A stretch of 64,000 nt of DNA from Bugula neritina (lineage: Eukaryota > Animalia > Bryozoa): positions 16,740,995 to 16,804,994 of the forward strand of contig OZ037765.1 of assembly GCA_964035545.1 (NCBI GenBank). The letters run 5' to 3'. Below, in pieces: positions 1 through 16,724 of the stretch (position 1 is the stretch's first letter; each line of letters starts with the position of its first letter). The position numbers and the translations under genes were made by a program. A model generated the notes under the pieces. That model searched no databases. It worked only from the letters and a program-made list of their open reading frames with translations, and was not told the origin of the DNA.

Positions 1-138
1 TATTGTCAAGCTAAAGAGTAACACAAGTACAGGTTAAGACGTCTAGTTATTTTATATAAGTGGCATCCAATCATCATTATGCCATTTGAGCCATAGAATT
101 GTGTTTAAGAAGATTTAATAGTATTTTATATATTGTAG

Positions 139-3968
<3,830 letters not shown>

Positions 3969-5454
3969 ACATGTATGAAACCCTTTTTCAGCAGAGCTTC
4001 ATATAAGACTTTTATTAAATATGACAATTAACCTTCAGTTAACAAATTATTAATATTAGTAATATTACAAATGTTATAACAAACTATTAACAATTTTACC
4101 AAATGTTTCTAATATATTAATATTTAATTTCTATTTAAACAAACTTATTCTTAGATTTGAAACAAGTGTTGCTAAATAATAATTTTGGGTTTTAAACCAA
4201 GTCTCGTTTTGATAATTTTTCAATTCCAAACTCTTGGAAACAATGCTTGTGTTTTTACTGGTTGCACATGTATGTGCAAGTATCATTAAAAAGTGCAGAC
4301 TAATGAAAATTCATTGGTGCAGAGCAAATTAATCTAATTGTTGGATAACTTATTTCAATTTATAATTATATAGAAAATAATAAATTTAATAAACTGGCAA
4401 CAGCATGCATTGAAAAAATTGCTAGCAGTTCAGAAAATTGAAAAAAATTTCTATAACTTTACATTTTAAGAATAGTAATGCATAATGCTTAATCAAGAGT
4501 ATGTAGTAACTCAAATTTGAGATAAAGCTCATAAAAGTTTAAACTAATAAGCTATTTCATTCTGAGAAGCCACAGCTGCCCAAAAACCTCTGTCATCTTA
4601 TTTAAAACTCTATGTAGCATGCTCCAGATGCAAACTAATTTTAAAAATCAGTTTTCAAGTCTTCAGTTTGTTTATTTGCATACAAAAGTGCAGTCAGCAT
4701 CTTTGCTTCATAAAATTCATTGTTTAAGCTATGATATTAAATATAAACTGACAAGAACAGGAGATCAGCAAAAGCATATAATATGACTATTACAGTTTAT
4801 ATAGCACTAGAAACAACCTCTTAACCTAGAAGTCAGTGGAGATATTTTATTGATAGAGTATAGACTATAGCAGTTAGGGTTTATTACCCTTTTCGACTTT
4901 TAAAGCTCAATTCTAAGATATTTTTAGAATTTACGTGTTAAACTGATATAAATTAAAAAATATCAAATTCACTTGAGAGTTTAAAAAAGAGCCTTGAACT
5001 TAGCATTATATTGTATTAATCATAAAGCTTTGTTTGGGTCAAAATGCCAGAGAGAGAGCTAAATTACTGCTATAAAAGACTAGCAAACAGTGCTAATGCA
5101 TAAGCTTGGCTTACTGTTGTGTGGGTATACATTAAACATGTAAAAATGCAAACAGACTAGGCAAAGATTTACAGGAGTGAATACTGCATGAATACAGCAG
5201 TGTGGGCAAAGAAAAATAATGCTTTACTCAATTGAATGCTAACCTTGGGCATGGTAGACAAAATACTTCAGTTTCATTACCACGATACACAACAGTGAGT
5301 GCAAGTTTTAATTTTCGTAAATGTTTGCTCAATTGAACTGAATGATGAAATATTGATGTTCCCAAGAATTATCTACCAAACTGGCAACATTATTTTTCCA
5401 ATAGTTACAATAGCTCATTTTATATTTAACAAGTGTGTTTGCACCTTCCAAAAT

Positions 5455-8400
5455 CTAAACATTCATAAAAAGAAGAGACCAGAACATGAGCCATGTTGGG
5501 TACAAGACGAGGCATACAATGTTCAGGAGATAGTTCTTATAAACCAAATGATCTATTATAGCGTAAAGTACTGAGTGCTGCAGGTCAGTCATAAGAGAGA
5601 AGAATTCAAGAGAATGTATTTGAGCGTTTCCAGTCACTACATTATATAACGTCTGACATATTAATATGATGCTCACAGGAGAAATAAGTAGGAGCAGCAC
5701 CATCTGTAGCCCTGTCAATAACCTGCAAGCACCAGAACAATTATGACAACATAATGTAAACATTTTAAAATAATAGGTTTGTCATGTATCGAAACCGAAC
5801 CAGCGGCACAATAGCTTTATAAACTGTATTTTTTATGGGGATCTATATAATTTGCTACAAATATACTTATTGCTATATTTAATTAGGTACAGAACATATA
5901 GAAAACTAAGCAAACAAAAAACCCTAATATATATTACTGTTGTCCTACAGAAGCAAAGCTTGCACATATGTTGATTAATGTTGTTAGTTAGAGTAGTGGT
6001 ACATGCAGTGAGCAGAGCTGTACACAGTATTGTGTAGCACTTGATGGCACTGCAACTGCAATATGCTCCAAGTTCTGTTGAAGAAATGCAACACATAAGT
6101 ACTATGCCTCTAATTAAAAATGTTTTCCGGTTCATGTATTACACACCTATATGTTATAATGAGTGTATGAAGTTTTTGCCTCAAGAAAAGACAACTCTTA
6201 ATTTTAGAGAATACAACTTAGTGTAAGTCGTTACTGATAAAGAGGGGTTAGAGAGGCTAGGACTATATTGCAACACTCACTTGTATGACGTAGGGCGAAT
6301 GATGGTGTACATAGGTACAGTGAAAGCAGCCACTATAGCAGCTAAGGATATGTTAAGTAGTGACAGTAAAAACAGCGCAAGACCATGGTATATGAGAGAT
6401 ATCGTCTTGAATAGATACCAGTTTATTCCGTCAAACTCCTCTTTTCTGAAAAATATTTGCAACTTAATTTTTCTGGACAAGTGATATAGTTTAACCTTTG
6501 CTATAAAAAATATAGAAAAACTGTACGAAATTCACAAAATAGCCTCTTAGTCTCTGATAGACAATATCCATTATCTTTTTAAACCTGAAGAACTCGACAT
6601 TTTCTATTTCTATTTACATCAATTTTTAAAAATGCGAGAAATATGCACTTATAATCACCTGAGCACTGTGCGGATAAGCATCATAGAAGATACAATGCCA
6701 GCTAACCCGCCAAAAATCACAGTATCAGCTGCCGGCATCTGCTTTACCTCACCACCACCAAACAAACTGGGAGCTTTCAGTAGCATCAGTCCAGAGAGAT
6801 GACACCCCACAATTAAAGGGATTATTGAATACACGCCTTGCACTACATTCTAAAAATCAAATTAATTGAGTTTATTAGTGAAACATACTGGATGTTCTCA
6901 ATGTAAAATCATGCGAATTTACTAGTTTTATAAAAATATAAGAAAGCATTACAAAGCATCAACAAATGTAAAAATAAGCAAAGTACAACTAACAACCATC
7001 CATCTACTATAGCTACGTTCTTGCATGAGAATTTCATCAGTTGAACTGCTTACAAGTTCTAACCTGATAATCCATAGCATTTTGTCAAAGTAAAATTAAC
7101 ATTAAATTCAAACCTACTAGCAAATAAAAAAAACTTTTTCATCGACACCTTCCAAGGGTATAGTTATATACATCAGCATTTTTTTGGACAAACTTAGTTT
7201 CAACCAAAAAACAACTATCAAAGGTTTAGAAGAAAATCCATGAAAAATATCCTTAATGAATAATTATAATTTCAAATGTTTAAGCCATATATAGAAGTTA
7301 GTTTTGGAGAAAAATATGTAAGATAATCTGTGAATCTACCTAGTGATATTTTGTTCAAAAATTCTGTGTAAAAAGATGTTTAAAAAGCTGAAAATTGGTA
7401 GCACAATGACTAGGGTGGGGTAAGAGTGAGACTATGTAAGTAAACACACAGACTTGCAAGCTATGCAATGGTTTTTAGGAATCTTCAATAAAATAACACT
7501 CACATCTGGTAATCGTAATGTATGAATCGCGTCATCTGTAAACTTTCCATCTGAAGTAAAAGCTTGATCTTGATTAGCAATTAACTTACTTCTCTTGGTG
7601 TCAACTTCAAAAGTAAATCTGCTCCACAACATTATGGCCTATCAAATAATCCACAGTTTGTAAGTACGTAGGAAATGAAGAGCAAATAAAGCAAAACTCA
7701 CTAACGTTGAATAATTATATTTACATTCTTATTTGATTAAATTGCCGACCACTAATATTAATAGATAAAAATTGTTTACAAGGAAAATTCATGAAAAGAG
7801 TTGTCACAACATGTAACAAAATCTAGTCAACCTATCTACAATCACCTGAATGAGAGAGGCAGAGACCATCAATGCGAATGGAGGTATATATAACCCAATT
7901 GAAATATACCGATAGGTACAAGGCATCAAGTAAAAGAAGAATGACTGATGAAACTTTTCTAGCAGATTGTTAATACTTCTGAAGACACCTTCAATAAGTT
8001 GCCCAACGGAATTAAGCCCACTGCTGCCACCAGGCGTTGACTTTATGGTGAGAGAATCAACTCTAAATCTACAATAATAAACATTTTATTGCTGTGGCTG
8101 CCTTCGGGCGATCTTCACACTAGTTGATTCAACAGCTTACTCTACAAACATGTTCCCATTTGTAATATTTAGTATAAATTTATTGGTCATCAGAGTAAAG
8201 TATTCCAGTTGGACAATTGCTCTTCTGCCATATATAGATAAAATATTTCTCACCACAATTGTTTTGTTCAATTTTCTATAATATTAAATCAGACTACATT
8301 AATCCAACAATTCAATAAAGGAAACATTTTTCACTTTTCCAGATCATAAAGTTGCCCCCCCCCCCCTCCAACAGATCATGTATAGAGAAATAAGGTAACT

Positions 8401-11400
8401 GCTGTAACCATTGTGCAAGAAGCTAACTAAGTCTAACAGCAGCATAGAACAATGAATCAGCAGTCTACCTGAGGAAAAGGCCGTGGTTACCACTTGCCAT
8501 GCCGGTGGCTAGGTTAGCCATCATAGTGAAAGTTGTTAGGATATTGTGTGGAACCAGTTTATCCATATCCTTGCTGAATAGATCAGGCTACAAAACACAT
8601 GCGAGTATCATACAGCACATACACCACAGTCCTAGCAGAGGGCACTAAAACATTCTGTGAAAAAGATGAATAATATTCATGATTTTATAAAATACCACTA
8701 CATTGTAACAACACTGATTATAAATTTTGCATATACAATATTTTAAAACATTCTTATATACACTCCAACATAATAATTATAAAAACAACAAAAATGTATT
8801 AAAAACGGACCCCAATAATTTTATAAGTTGATTTAAACAAAATTGTTTCAATGATAGTTTCAATTATTGAAAAAATATCAGCAGCCGTTTGTTCTTCAAT
8901 TATTGATTTTAAAGGAATTGGAACCGCAAAGCATAATTATAACAAAGTGGCCCAATCACTCTTCGTTCAATAACCATAGCTGACTAGACCAGTAGTAGGA
9001 CCAACCCTGTGATGAATAGTACTTCGGATACCATTTTCTCGAGCTAGTTTATGAACCAGATTTACAAGATCCAAGTTGGGCAGTAGTCCATTGATCCCTT
9101 CAATAAGGACATCTATGCCTCCAAATGACATACCACTGAGCTCTAAGTTGATGGCAGCTTGTATAAGTCCAGCTCTGGCTGGTAATCTTTCAGCTTTCAC
9201 ATCTAATATAAATATGAGACCCGGAGTTAGTCTATTAAAACTGTGAATTAAGTGCAAGAAACTGGTAAAAGAGACACAAAGCTGAGATGGTGCAAACTAA
9301 TTAGAGAGTCATAGATAGAAAATGTGCATTGGACACCTTATAGATACACTAATGCTTGTTAGAAGTAAAGATATTGTAGACAGTGTGTCCATCTAATAAA
9401 AACAGTATCGATTTTGCTCAGAAATTTATTAGATACTTACATAATATTACACATATATACTATTTATATGACAGAATAATACATGGTAATAACACCATCA
9501 AGGCTAGGTGGCAGCAGTATTTCAACACACTACTGAATAGTAAAAATAAGAGAAATGAGTTGGAAGAGGTTAGCAAAGTAAAGGGACCTATAGATCAGAG
9601 GTGAAGATGCAATTAGGTGAGGGTGAAGGATGGTAAGGCTATCAGACCACACAAATCCCCCTTGGAGATAGTGAAGGAGCTAGAAGATATTAGACTGGAT
9701 TGGGTTACTGCAATGATAAGGGAAGTACAGGAAGGAGGCATGCCACCAGAATGGAGGGGAAGTGGATAACCAGAAGGGTGAACCACTGGAAGGGGTGATT
9801 ATAGAAGAATAAATTGCTTAGTCACTGTCTCAAAGTATGGGAAGAGTAGTCAGGAACAGGTTTAGAGGATGAGTAAAGATCTCAGACAGACATTGCGGAT
9901 TTCATTCTGAATAATCAACAGTAGAACCCACGTTCTGTCTTCGGATGTTACAGGAGAAAATGAGAGATTATCAATAGTATGTCCACATAATGTTTGTTGA
10001 TCCGGAAAAGGCAGTTGATACAGCACTACATGACCTAGTATGGTGCTGTTGGAAAAGGAGACGAGTGTCAGAGCAATATGGTAGGAACATCCAGGATATA
10101 TATGAAAATTGTTCAAAACCAGTTACAATTAGTGTAGTGGCAACATAAAGTTAGCATTGAAAAGGGGGTGGCATCAAGATTGGCGTTGATTTCTTGTTTC
10201 ATTGTCATTATGAATGTTATCTTTGAAGATGCTGAAGAGGACACATCCCGAGCAATGTGGTTTGCCAACAACTTGGTGATTCATGATAGGGAAGAAATAC
10301 GGATAGAAGAAAGGTGAGTGACATGGTATGAAATTCCAGACAATTCATGTCTTGAGGAGCTTGCAGATCTGTTACCCGAAAAGCATCAAGACCATATAGG
10401 TGTGAATTACATGGTAGCTACATATATAACACTTAAATTATTTACAACACCAATTGTCTGCAGTAACACCTAATAACATTTGCTCCATCTAACCCTTACT
10501 CTCATACAATAAATACATATACTCAGAACAAAATAAAGTTAGAACTAATGAACAAACTTACAAGAACTAGTTTGAACTCCAAAATAGCCATCGAGCCATG
10601 CCTGTACTCCAACCAACTCATGTTGAGTAAAAAGGAATATTATATCCTTGGACCAGTAGGTGTGTTCTGAAATAGTATTAACTGATAAGAAAGCATAGAT
10701 ACCTAGATAGTTAGAGACCCTAACTATTAACCAATTCAGAGCTCTGTATAACAAATGTTCATTTTCAGTTACAAATTTCCATTCACAAATTTTAATGCAG
10801 CACTTACAATGCTGAACAAAAAATGACTATTTAAAAGATTTAAAGAAAAGTCAACACCTAAAACCCAACTGAGCTCAGCCTAGTTAAATACTGCTTAATC
10901 TATGACTGCAATAAAATTTTCATAAACTAAAGAGCTGGAGGACAGAGAGGCCATATGATCACCCTATATTTGGGGGGGGGGGAGGAATGCACAACAGAGA
11001 CATAACAATTTCAGTTACAAAAATAAAAATTACGTATATCATCATATTAAACAAAATATATTAATTTAGGAAAACAAAATTGAGATACAGCTTCAGAGAA
11101 ATTCATGTAAACTAGTGTCCTCATAAAAGTTGCAACTTTTTCTCCTTAACAAAGAAATTAAAAGAGCTTAAGCTATTAGACTTTCCAATTAGAGAAGCAA
11201 ACTAGTTCTGAGTAGCATTTCTTATTGCACAAATTGTCATGATATACATTAGTTAAGATAGCCTAGCCAAATGATATTAACGTACTTATCATGTGACTTG
11301 CTAAAGCTAGCATGATAGCCACGCTACCATCAGTAGCTGCCAGTCCACTAGACAGAGGTCTGAGGGGCACTGACATTACCATGCACTCGGTGCTAGCAGA

Positions 11401-12310
11401 TCTGGGAGCACGTAGTATGCCATAGATATTATTGCCCTCAACTGTCTGATTATTCATCAGATTTAAAGGGTAAGTGAACTGGTACAATTGTTCGTGAACT
11501 TCTAATCCAATTGAGACCAGCTTCTTCTTTAACCAACCTATTGGAACTTCCCTACATTAAAACCAGCTGTTTATTAGAATTGTCTTATAACAAACATGAG
11601 GCCCTACACATTTGTAAAACTAATTCTGAAGTAAAATTAATACTGAAATTAAAGCTACATTTTATGTGTATGCTAGCTCAATAAATTAGTTAATTAAACA
11701 GCATATGAATTTATACTTAAAAAACTTGGAAAAGTCAAAATGGCAGTTAAATATATCAATAAACAATACATAAAATACAAGCGCATTTACCCCTCTGACT
11801 TATTGCTTTTTTTCAGCTCAGCTTGGTATTCCTCTATAATTGTTCGTAGCCCAACTCCTTGAAATCCAGTGTTAACCAAGCCTGTTATAAATAATAGTGG
11901 TGCAAAATTAGAGCATATTATGGTCACATGCCAATTGGTTGGTATAGAGTTGTGATCATGAAATACTTCAGTCCTTCATGGTGATTGTTAGGACAAGTTC
12001 AGTTGTGCTTACATTTTATGCAGCAAAAATCAGAAGCACCGGTGATAAAATATTATGCAAGCTTTTCTAGAATAGATAGTGTTGAAAAATTATATGTACA
12101 TATATACTAATGATTTCACAAATAAAACGTTCAAATACCTGGAAGCAGAGCATTCTCTGAGAAATAGACTCCTCCATTATATGCTGGGTGAGATAGTGCT
12201 AGAAACCATATCAATCCGCCAACAAAACATCCAACAGATGCAATATTTCCATATTTACTTATATAACTAGCTATTTGAGATCTGGTTTCTGGATTGCTGA
12301 GAATACCCAT
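5455..12310 (-). CDS. GPAA1: GPI-anchor transamidase subunit GAA1/GPAA1
   Basis: Exons (-): 12310-12139, 11881-11791, 11551-11286, 10666-10562, 9202-8960, 8587-8469, 8068-7846, 7638-7504, 6849-6659, 6445-6281, 5722-5455. Motifs: MGILSNP..YFSENALLPG, NIYGILRAPR, YWSKDIIFL, EGINGLLPNLDLVN, NHGLFLR, RSINNLLEKFHQSFFFYL, and a multi-TM C-terminus ending LYPTWLMFW. Confidence 0.95.
9480..10330 (+). mobile_element. Decayed RTE-like non-LTR retrotransposon (RT fragment) in a GPAA1 intron
   Basis: Purine-rich tract with frameshifted remnants IKARWQQYFNTLLN, MPPEWRGS and FIVIMNVIFEDAEEDTSRAMWFANNLVI (degenerate F/YADD box). Many stops; boundaries approximate. Confidence 0.8.
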
Positions 12311-12959
12311 GGTCAGCTAAAGACTAGAAAACAATAAACTTGAACTGACAAATATTAGTTTTATCTAACAATAAAATGGGTTTCATAAAATGGCTTGTAT
12401 CACTTTTTTCATCTTTAGAAATCACATATTTGTTTATTTGACCTGACATGTGCAATACAAAATTTTGGTTTAAAATGAAAAACAAAGTTGGCCTGCTGAA
12501 AGATTCGTTAATATATCATTTAATGATGCCTACATATAATTGTGCCCATGTCTATGTCATAAAAACAGTCTTTAAATCCAAAAGACTGAATACATTTTAT
12601 TTGTGAGTATATTAATAGCAGTAGCATATATAAATTATAGTTTATGCCTAACAATTGTATATGAAAAATATGTACAAACAGTAAATTAAAATGCTGCACA
12701 AGGTACATAAACATACATAGAATTTCACCAAATTTGGGTATAGCTTTAAAGTTTGAATATTTAAATTGTGTTCCATACATAACTAAAATTATCAACAAAT
12801 GAATGTCAATAAACTTGAAATATTAATATGTGTAGCACTTTCAAATTCAAACTGTTTTTGCTCACATTTAGCAAAAAAGTGACTTCAAGTTCAAATGAGA
12901 AGTTGTAGTAACAACATTGAGATTTTTGAAGTTGAAATCCTTATTTGCATCAAAGGATA

Positions 12960-13465
12960 ACATAATCATAATGATAAATATAATGAAACACGTTCTGAAC
13001 TACTACTAGACTAACAGTACTAGAAATATAAATCCACTGTTTTAAATATGTATCCCAAATCATTATAATATTAATAAATAATTGTAATATAAATAATTGA
13101 ATAATAATAATCTGACTGCAATAATATTAAATTATTATTAATGTTATCAACAAATATCATCATAATTAATCATTATGATAATGATAAAGTGATTATGCTT
13201 AGCCTTAGTTAATTACAACTATGAGTGAAACTAAATAATTGCATTTGTTACAACATAATGAATTACTATTAGTATTACTATTACTAAACTGAAAGTGAAA
13301 TTCAAATTCCTTAACAATAACTAAACTATTTGTATTTCAAATACTAGTAGGTCACCTAGTAGCTGCGTATTAGTAAGTATAATAGTAATAATACTACTAG
13401 ATTAATACAGGTAATACTAATAGACATAGTCAAACTCAATGTCATACTCATAGTAATGGCTAAAT
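12960..13465. repeat. Degenerate ATASTN/ACT-type low-complexity tract next to the GPAA1 promoter
   Basis: Runs such as aatactagtag, gtaataatactactag and ctcaatgtcatactcatagtaatg; boundaries approximate. Confidence 0.6.
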
Positions 13466-13479
13466 AATTCTGGATTTGT

Positions 13480-13930
13480 TTACTTTCAGTTTGGCGACTT
13501 TTGAAGGCGCTTTAATAATTCTGGAAGAGGCTAGTTGGAGCCTAACTCAAAAGTGGATGCGCTGCATTATTTATTATTCCTAACTGTAGGCCTGAACCCA
13601 AATCAAAAAGCGGAAATAACCAATGTTTAACTTTAGGTTCCAACTAGCGATTTCCAGTAAACGCACAATCGGCGCAAACCTGCAGTCAGCGTGAACTTTA
13701 ACCCTTTACCTTCAGTGAAGAAAGCTCCTCTGCGATTTTCAACATTGTCATGTTCAAACTACGCTCCAAACCAAGAGACAAATATAATAATATCATAACT
13801 GACATGGCATCGTAATTGCTTATATTTATGACGCAATATGTTATGATACCAACTTTAAAGCTTGCCATGTTTTGTTAAGAGGCTTCATTACAGAGTCATC
13901 AATGAAGGCTCTCAAACGTTTTTGAGGCGG
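13480..13930 (-). promoter_or_regulatory. Probable GPAA1 promoter and non-coding first exon
   Basis: Local CpG retention in otherwise CpG-poor DNA. Minus-strand donor GAAG|GTAAAG near 13710, upstream of the ATG exon. Confidence 0.5.
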
Positions 13931-14904
13931 TTTTAACCTATTTATTATATTAGTTAGAGTAATAACAACTGAGATACAACACATTTGTGTTATATTTCAA
14001 GCACTATCTACCTGTCAGGCTAAGTGCTCATTCATAGCATTTTGTTTAGCTCGGGCATAACTGTTAGGGTTCATACAGCTTGATTTCTTAATTCCACAGG
14101 CAGACAACTTAGGTCAATGTTGCAAATATTAGATAGAGCTAGCATTACGTTTTATTAAAAAAGCATTAATTCTGTAATTACTTCTATAATTACAATTTGA
14201 TACAATATGGCTGGCTCTTTCACACAATAGTATATTCTTCACCACCTATATACTTGCACAAGTACGCCTACATTAGGCTATAGAATCAAACTTCTATAGA
14301 ATCTTTCAAAAATTGCCTCACTATTCTAGGGGTCTGCAGCATTATAGTATATCACAGGGGACAAAGTACTTTTATCTAGAGTGTGTATAACTTCAAAATT
14401 TGCTGGTAATCATTATATATTATCACAACTTATTACATGATCTGTCAGAAATAAAAACTACAAGGTATTGCAATTTAAACAATAAAATGGAATCAGCTAG
14501 CCGGTTGTGGTTACAGCAAATGATTACAACAGTTTAGCAATATTCTGTATTTCAGATATTGAGCATCTGTTGTGTCCATAATTTTTAATTATAATTTATA
14601 AATATTTTGATGGTATTTTATATAAAACATAATTGCCCTGCTCTATCTTGTGATTCTTTGGTGAACAACATTGGGTTATTGCGTGTTATTTGGCATTGCT
14701 TTTTTGTTTGAAGCTATGTCCTTTGTTTTGTAGTGAGATCAGACCAATTTTAAAGGCTGCAGGTGGTCAGTTAGAATAGGGAACATATGGGAAAGCTGTC
14801 AAAATTACACATAACTCCAGTTATTACATATGGCTAGCTGTAGTAAATTTTAGTTTCCAACTATGTAGATCTTAAACAGCAAAGTTTATATTGGTAAAAC
14901 TCCG

Positions 14905-14906
<2 letters not shown>

Positions 14907-15002
<96 letters not shown>
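14907..15002. repeat. (CT)48 microsatellite
   Basis: Perfect dinucleotide run. It explains the spurious poly-RE ORF 14886-15095. Confidence 0.97.
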
Positions 15003-15003
<1 letters not shown>

Positions 15004-15170
15004 GCATTCATTGTTAGCTGAATGTACATAATAATATTATTATGTTCTATGTATATCATATACCAGGAATATGTTAAAGTCAGAGTTGTCGCCACAAATT
15101 TTCTTTTCAGTACGCATTCTGTTCATTAGAGTTATCTTCTCTATGCCAAACACTAGTGCGCTTTCATCAA

Positions 15171-15196
15171 GCGCATGCGTCGTTGTTAGTAGCAAC
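15171..15196 (+). promoter_or_regulatory. CFAP57 promoter: NRF1-like GCGCATGCGT plus RFX X-box-like GTTGTTAGTAGCAAC
   Basis: Motifs at 15171-15180 and 15182-15196, about 90 bp before a donor AAG|GTACAG (15286) of a likely non-coding exon 1. RFX control of ciliary genes is established knowledge. Confidence 0.6.
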
Positions 15197-15864
15197 CGCA
15201 TGTTCAACTTCTGTTATCCAAGTTATTTCTTATTTAGTTATGCCACTTGCAAATTAACACTTCTCAAATTTACGCTTTTACGAAAGGTACAGTTTTTTAT
15301 GCAATTATGAAGTCAAATTTTTGTTTTATCATTATTCTAATATATCAAACACTGTAATTATAATATATTTGCTTATCGTAGGCTTAACGTAACCTTCAAG
15401 TCCTAGAGCCATGATGATGGTCATGGTCAGGGTATCAAAGTGAACGAGAGTCAATATACTCAAAATAATTAATATGCTAAGTGTTGTGTAATTCAAATGC
15501 AATAGCAAAACCAGAAATTGAAGGTTTATGGAACATTTCATTATATCTTTAATTAGCATTTTAGTGGAGTGAGTAATTGTAATTTATTGACTTTTTATTT
15601 ATTTAGTTTTATATCTGTTTAACTTTTCAGGTGTTTAACTTTTTAGGCAGTCTTTCTTTATTTAAATTACTATTAAATTTTTTTTTATAATCAGTAAATG
15701 AATAATATTCTGAAAATAAAATCAGTTATTCATAAATGTATCAAGTTTGTTTATGAAAAGAAGTGTTAAACATTTTAGCATTTCATATTTTTAGCAACCT
15801 TTGTGCATAAAATTAGAACTAATGTTAAATATTTTCTTGTATTTTAGTTTGAACATATCCAAAA

Positions 15865-16675
15865 ATGTCGACAGCTATAGCTCAAGCTCGACACATTTTT
15901 GGAGTCAAGACTGGTGTGGCTGGAAACATATGCTATCAGGATGAACAAACTATTATATACACTTCTGGAGCATACTGTGTCCTATATAACATTGATCAAA
16001 AGCTTCAAAAGTTTATCCCAGTCAGTGAGAAAGAAAATGTTATGACAGCAATTGTTGTCAGTCCGAACCGAAGATATGTAGCCATCGCTGAGAGAGGAGA
16101 GCGTGGAATTATTACTATATTCGATTTGCATTCACTGCGGCGAAAGAAAGTATTGAGTTCTTCAGAAGTTGAGGCAAAGGAGTTTGTTAGTTTGGCATTT
16201 TCACCTGATTCTAAATACCTGATTGCTCAAGGAGGCAGTCCAGATTGGACTCTTGTGTATTGGACATGGGAAAAAGCTAAAATTATGGCCACTACAAAAA
16301 CCAGCAATCCTCAAGGGTCTCCTCCTATTTATCAGGTTTGTGTCCTATGTCGCCTAATTGCTATGAAGCTAGTTGCTAGTTACTTGTGGGCATTAAATTG
16401 TATTTTTTCTCTGCAACCTATTAAACATTTATAAACAAGTATTTGTATAGTATTTTGCAGCTCATAATTTTTATTCAGCTGGGATTTGCTGATGATTTTA
16501 AATGCTCAACTTTTTGAAAAGGAGTTTTTGTTCTAGTATCTACAATGCATCTGTGTAGTGAGTAAATATAAGTGAACTATTTCAATATTACTATGACTTT
16601 GTACTCTGGGTGGTTAAAAAGGGGCTAGTTATATTTCTAAATTAAATTTGATTTAAAAACCAAATGCAATTTATT

Positions 16676-16724
<49 letters not shown>

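Noticed and set aside
6990-7063. Possible extra GPAA1 exon
   Set aside because: Phase incompatible with the upstream donor; exons 7638-7504 and 6849-6659 join directly in frame.
14886-15095. Poly-RE ORF
   Set aside because: Translation of (CT)48.
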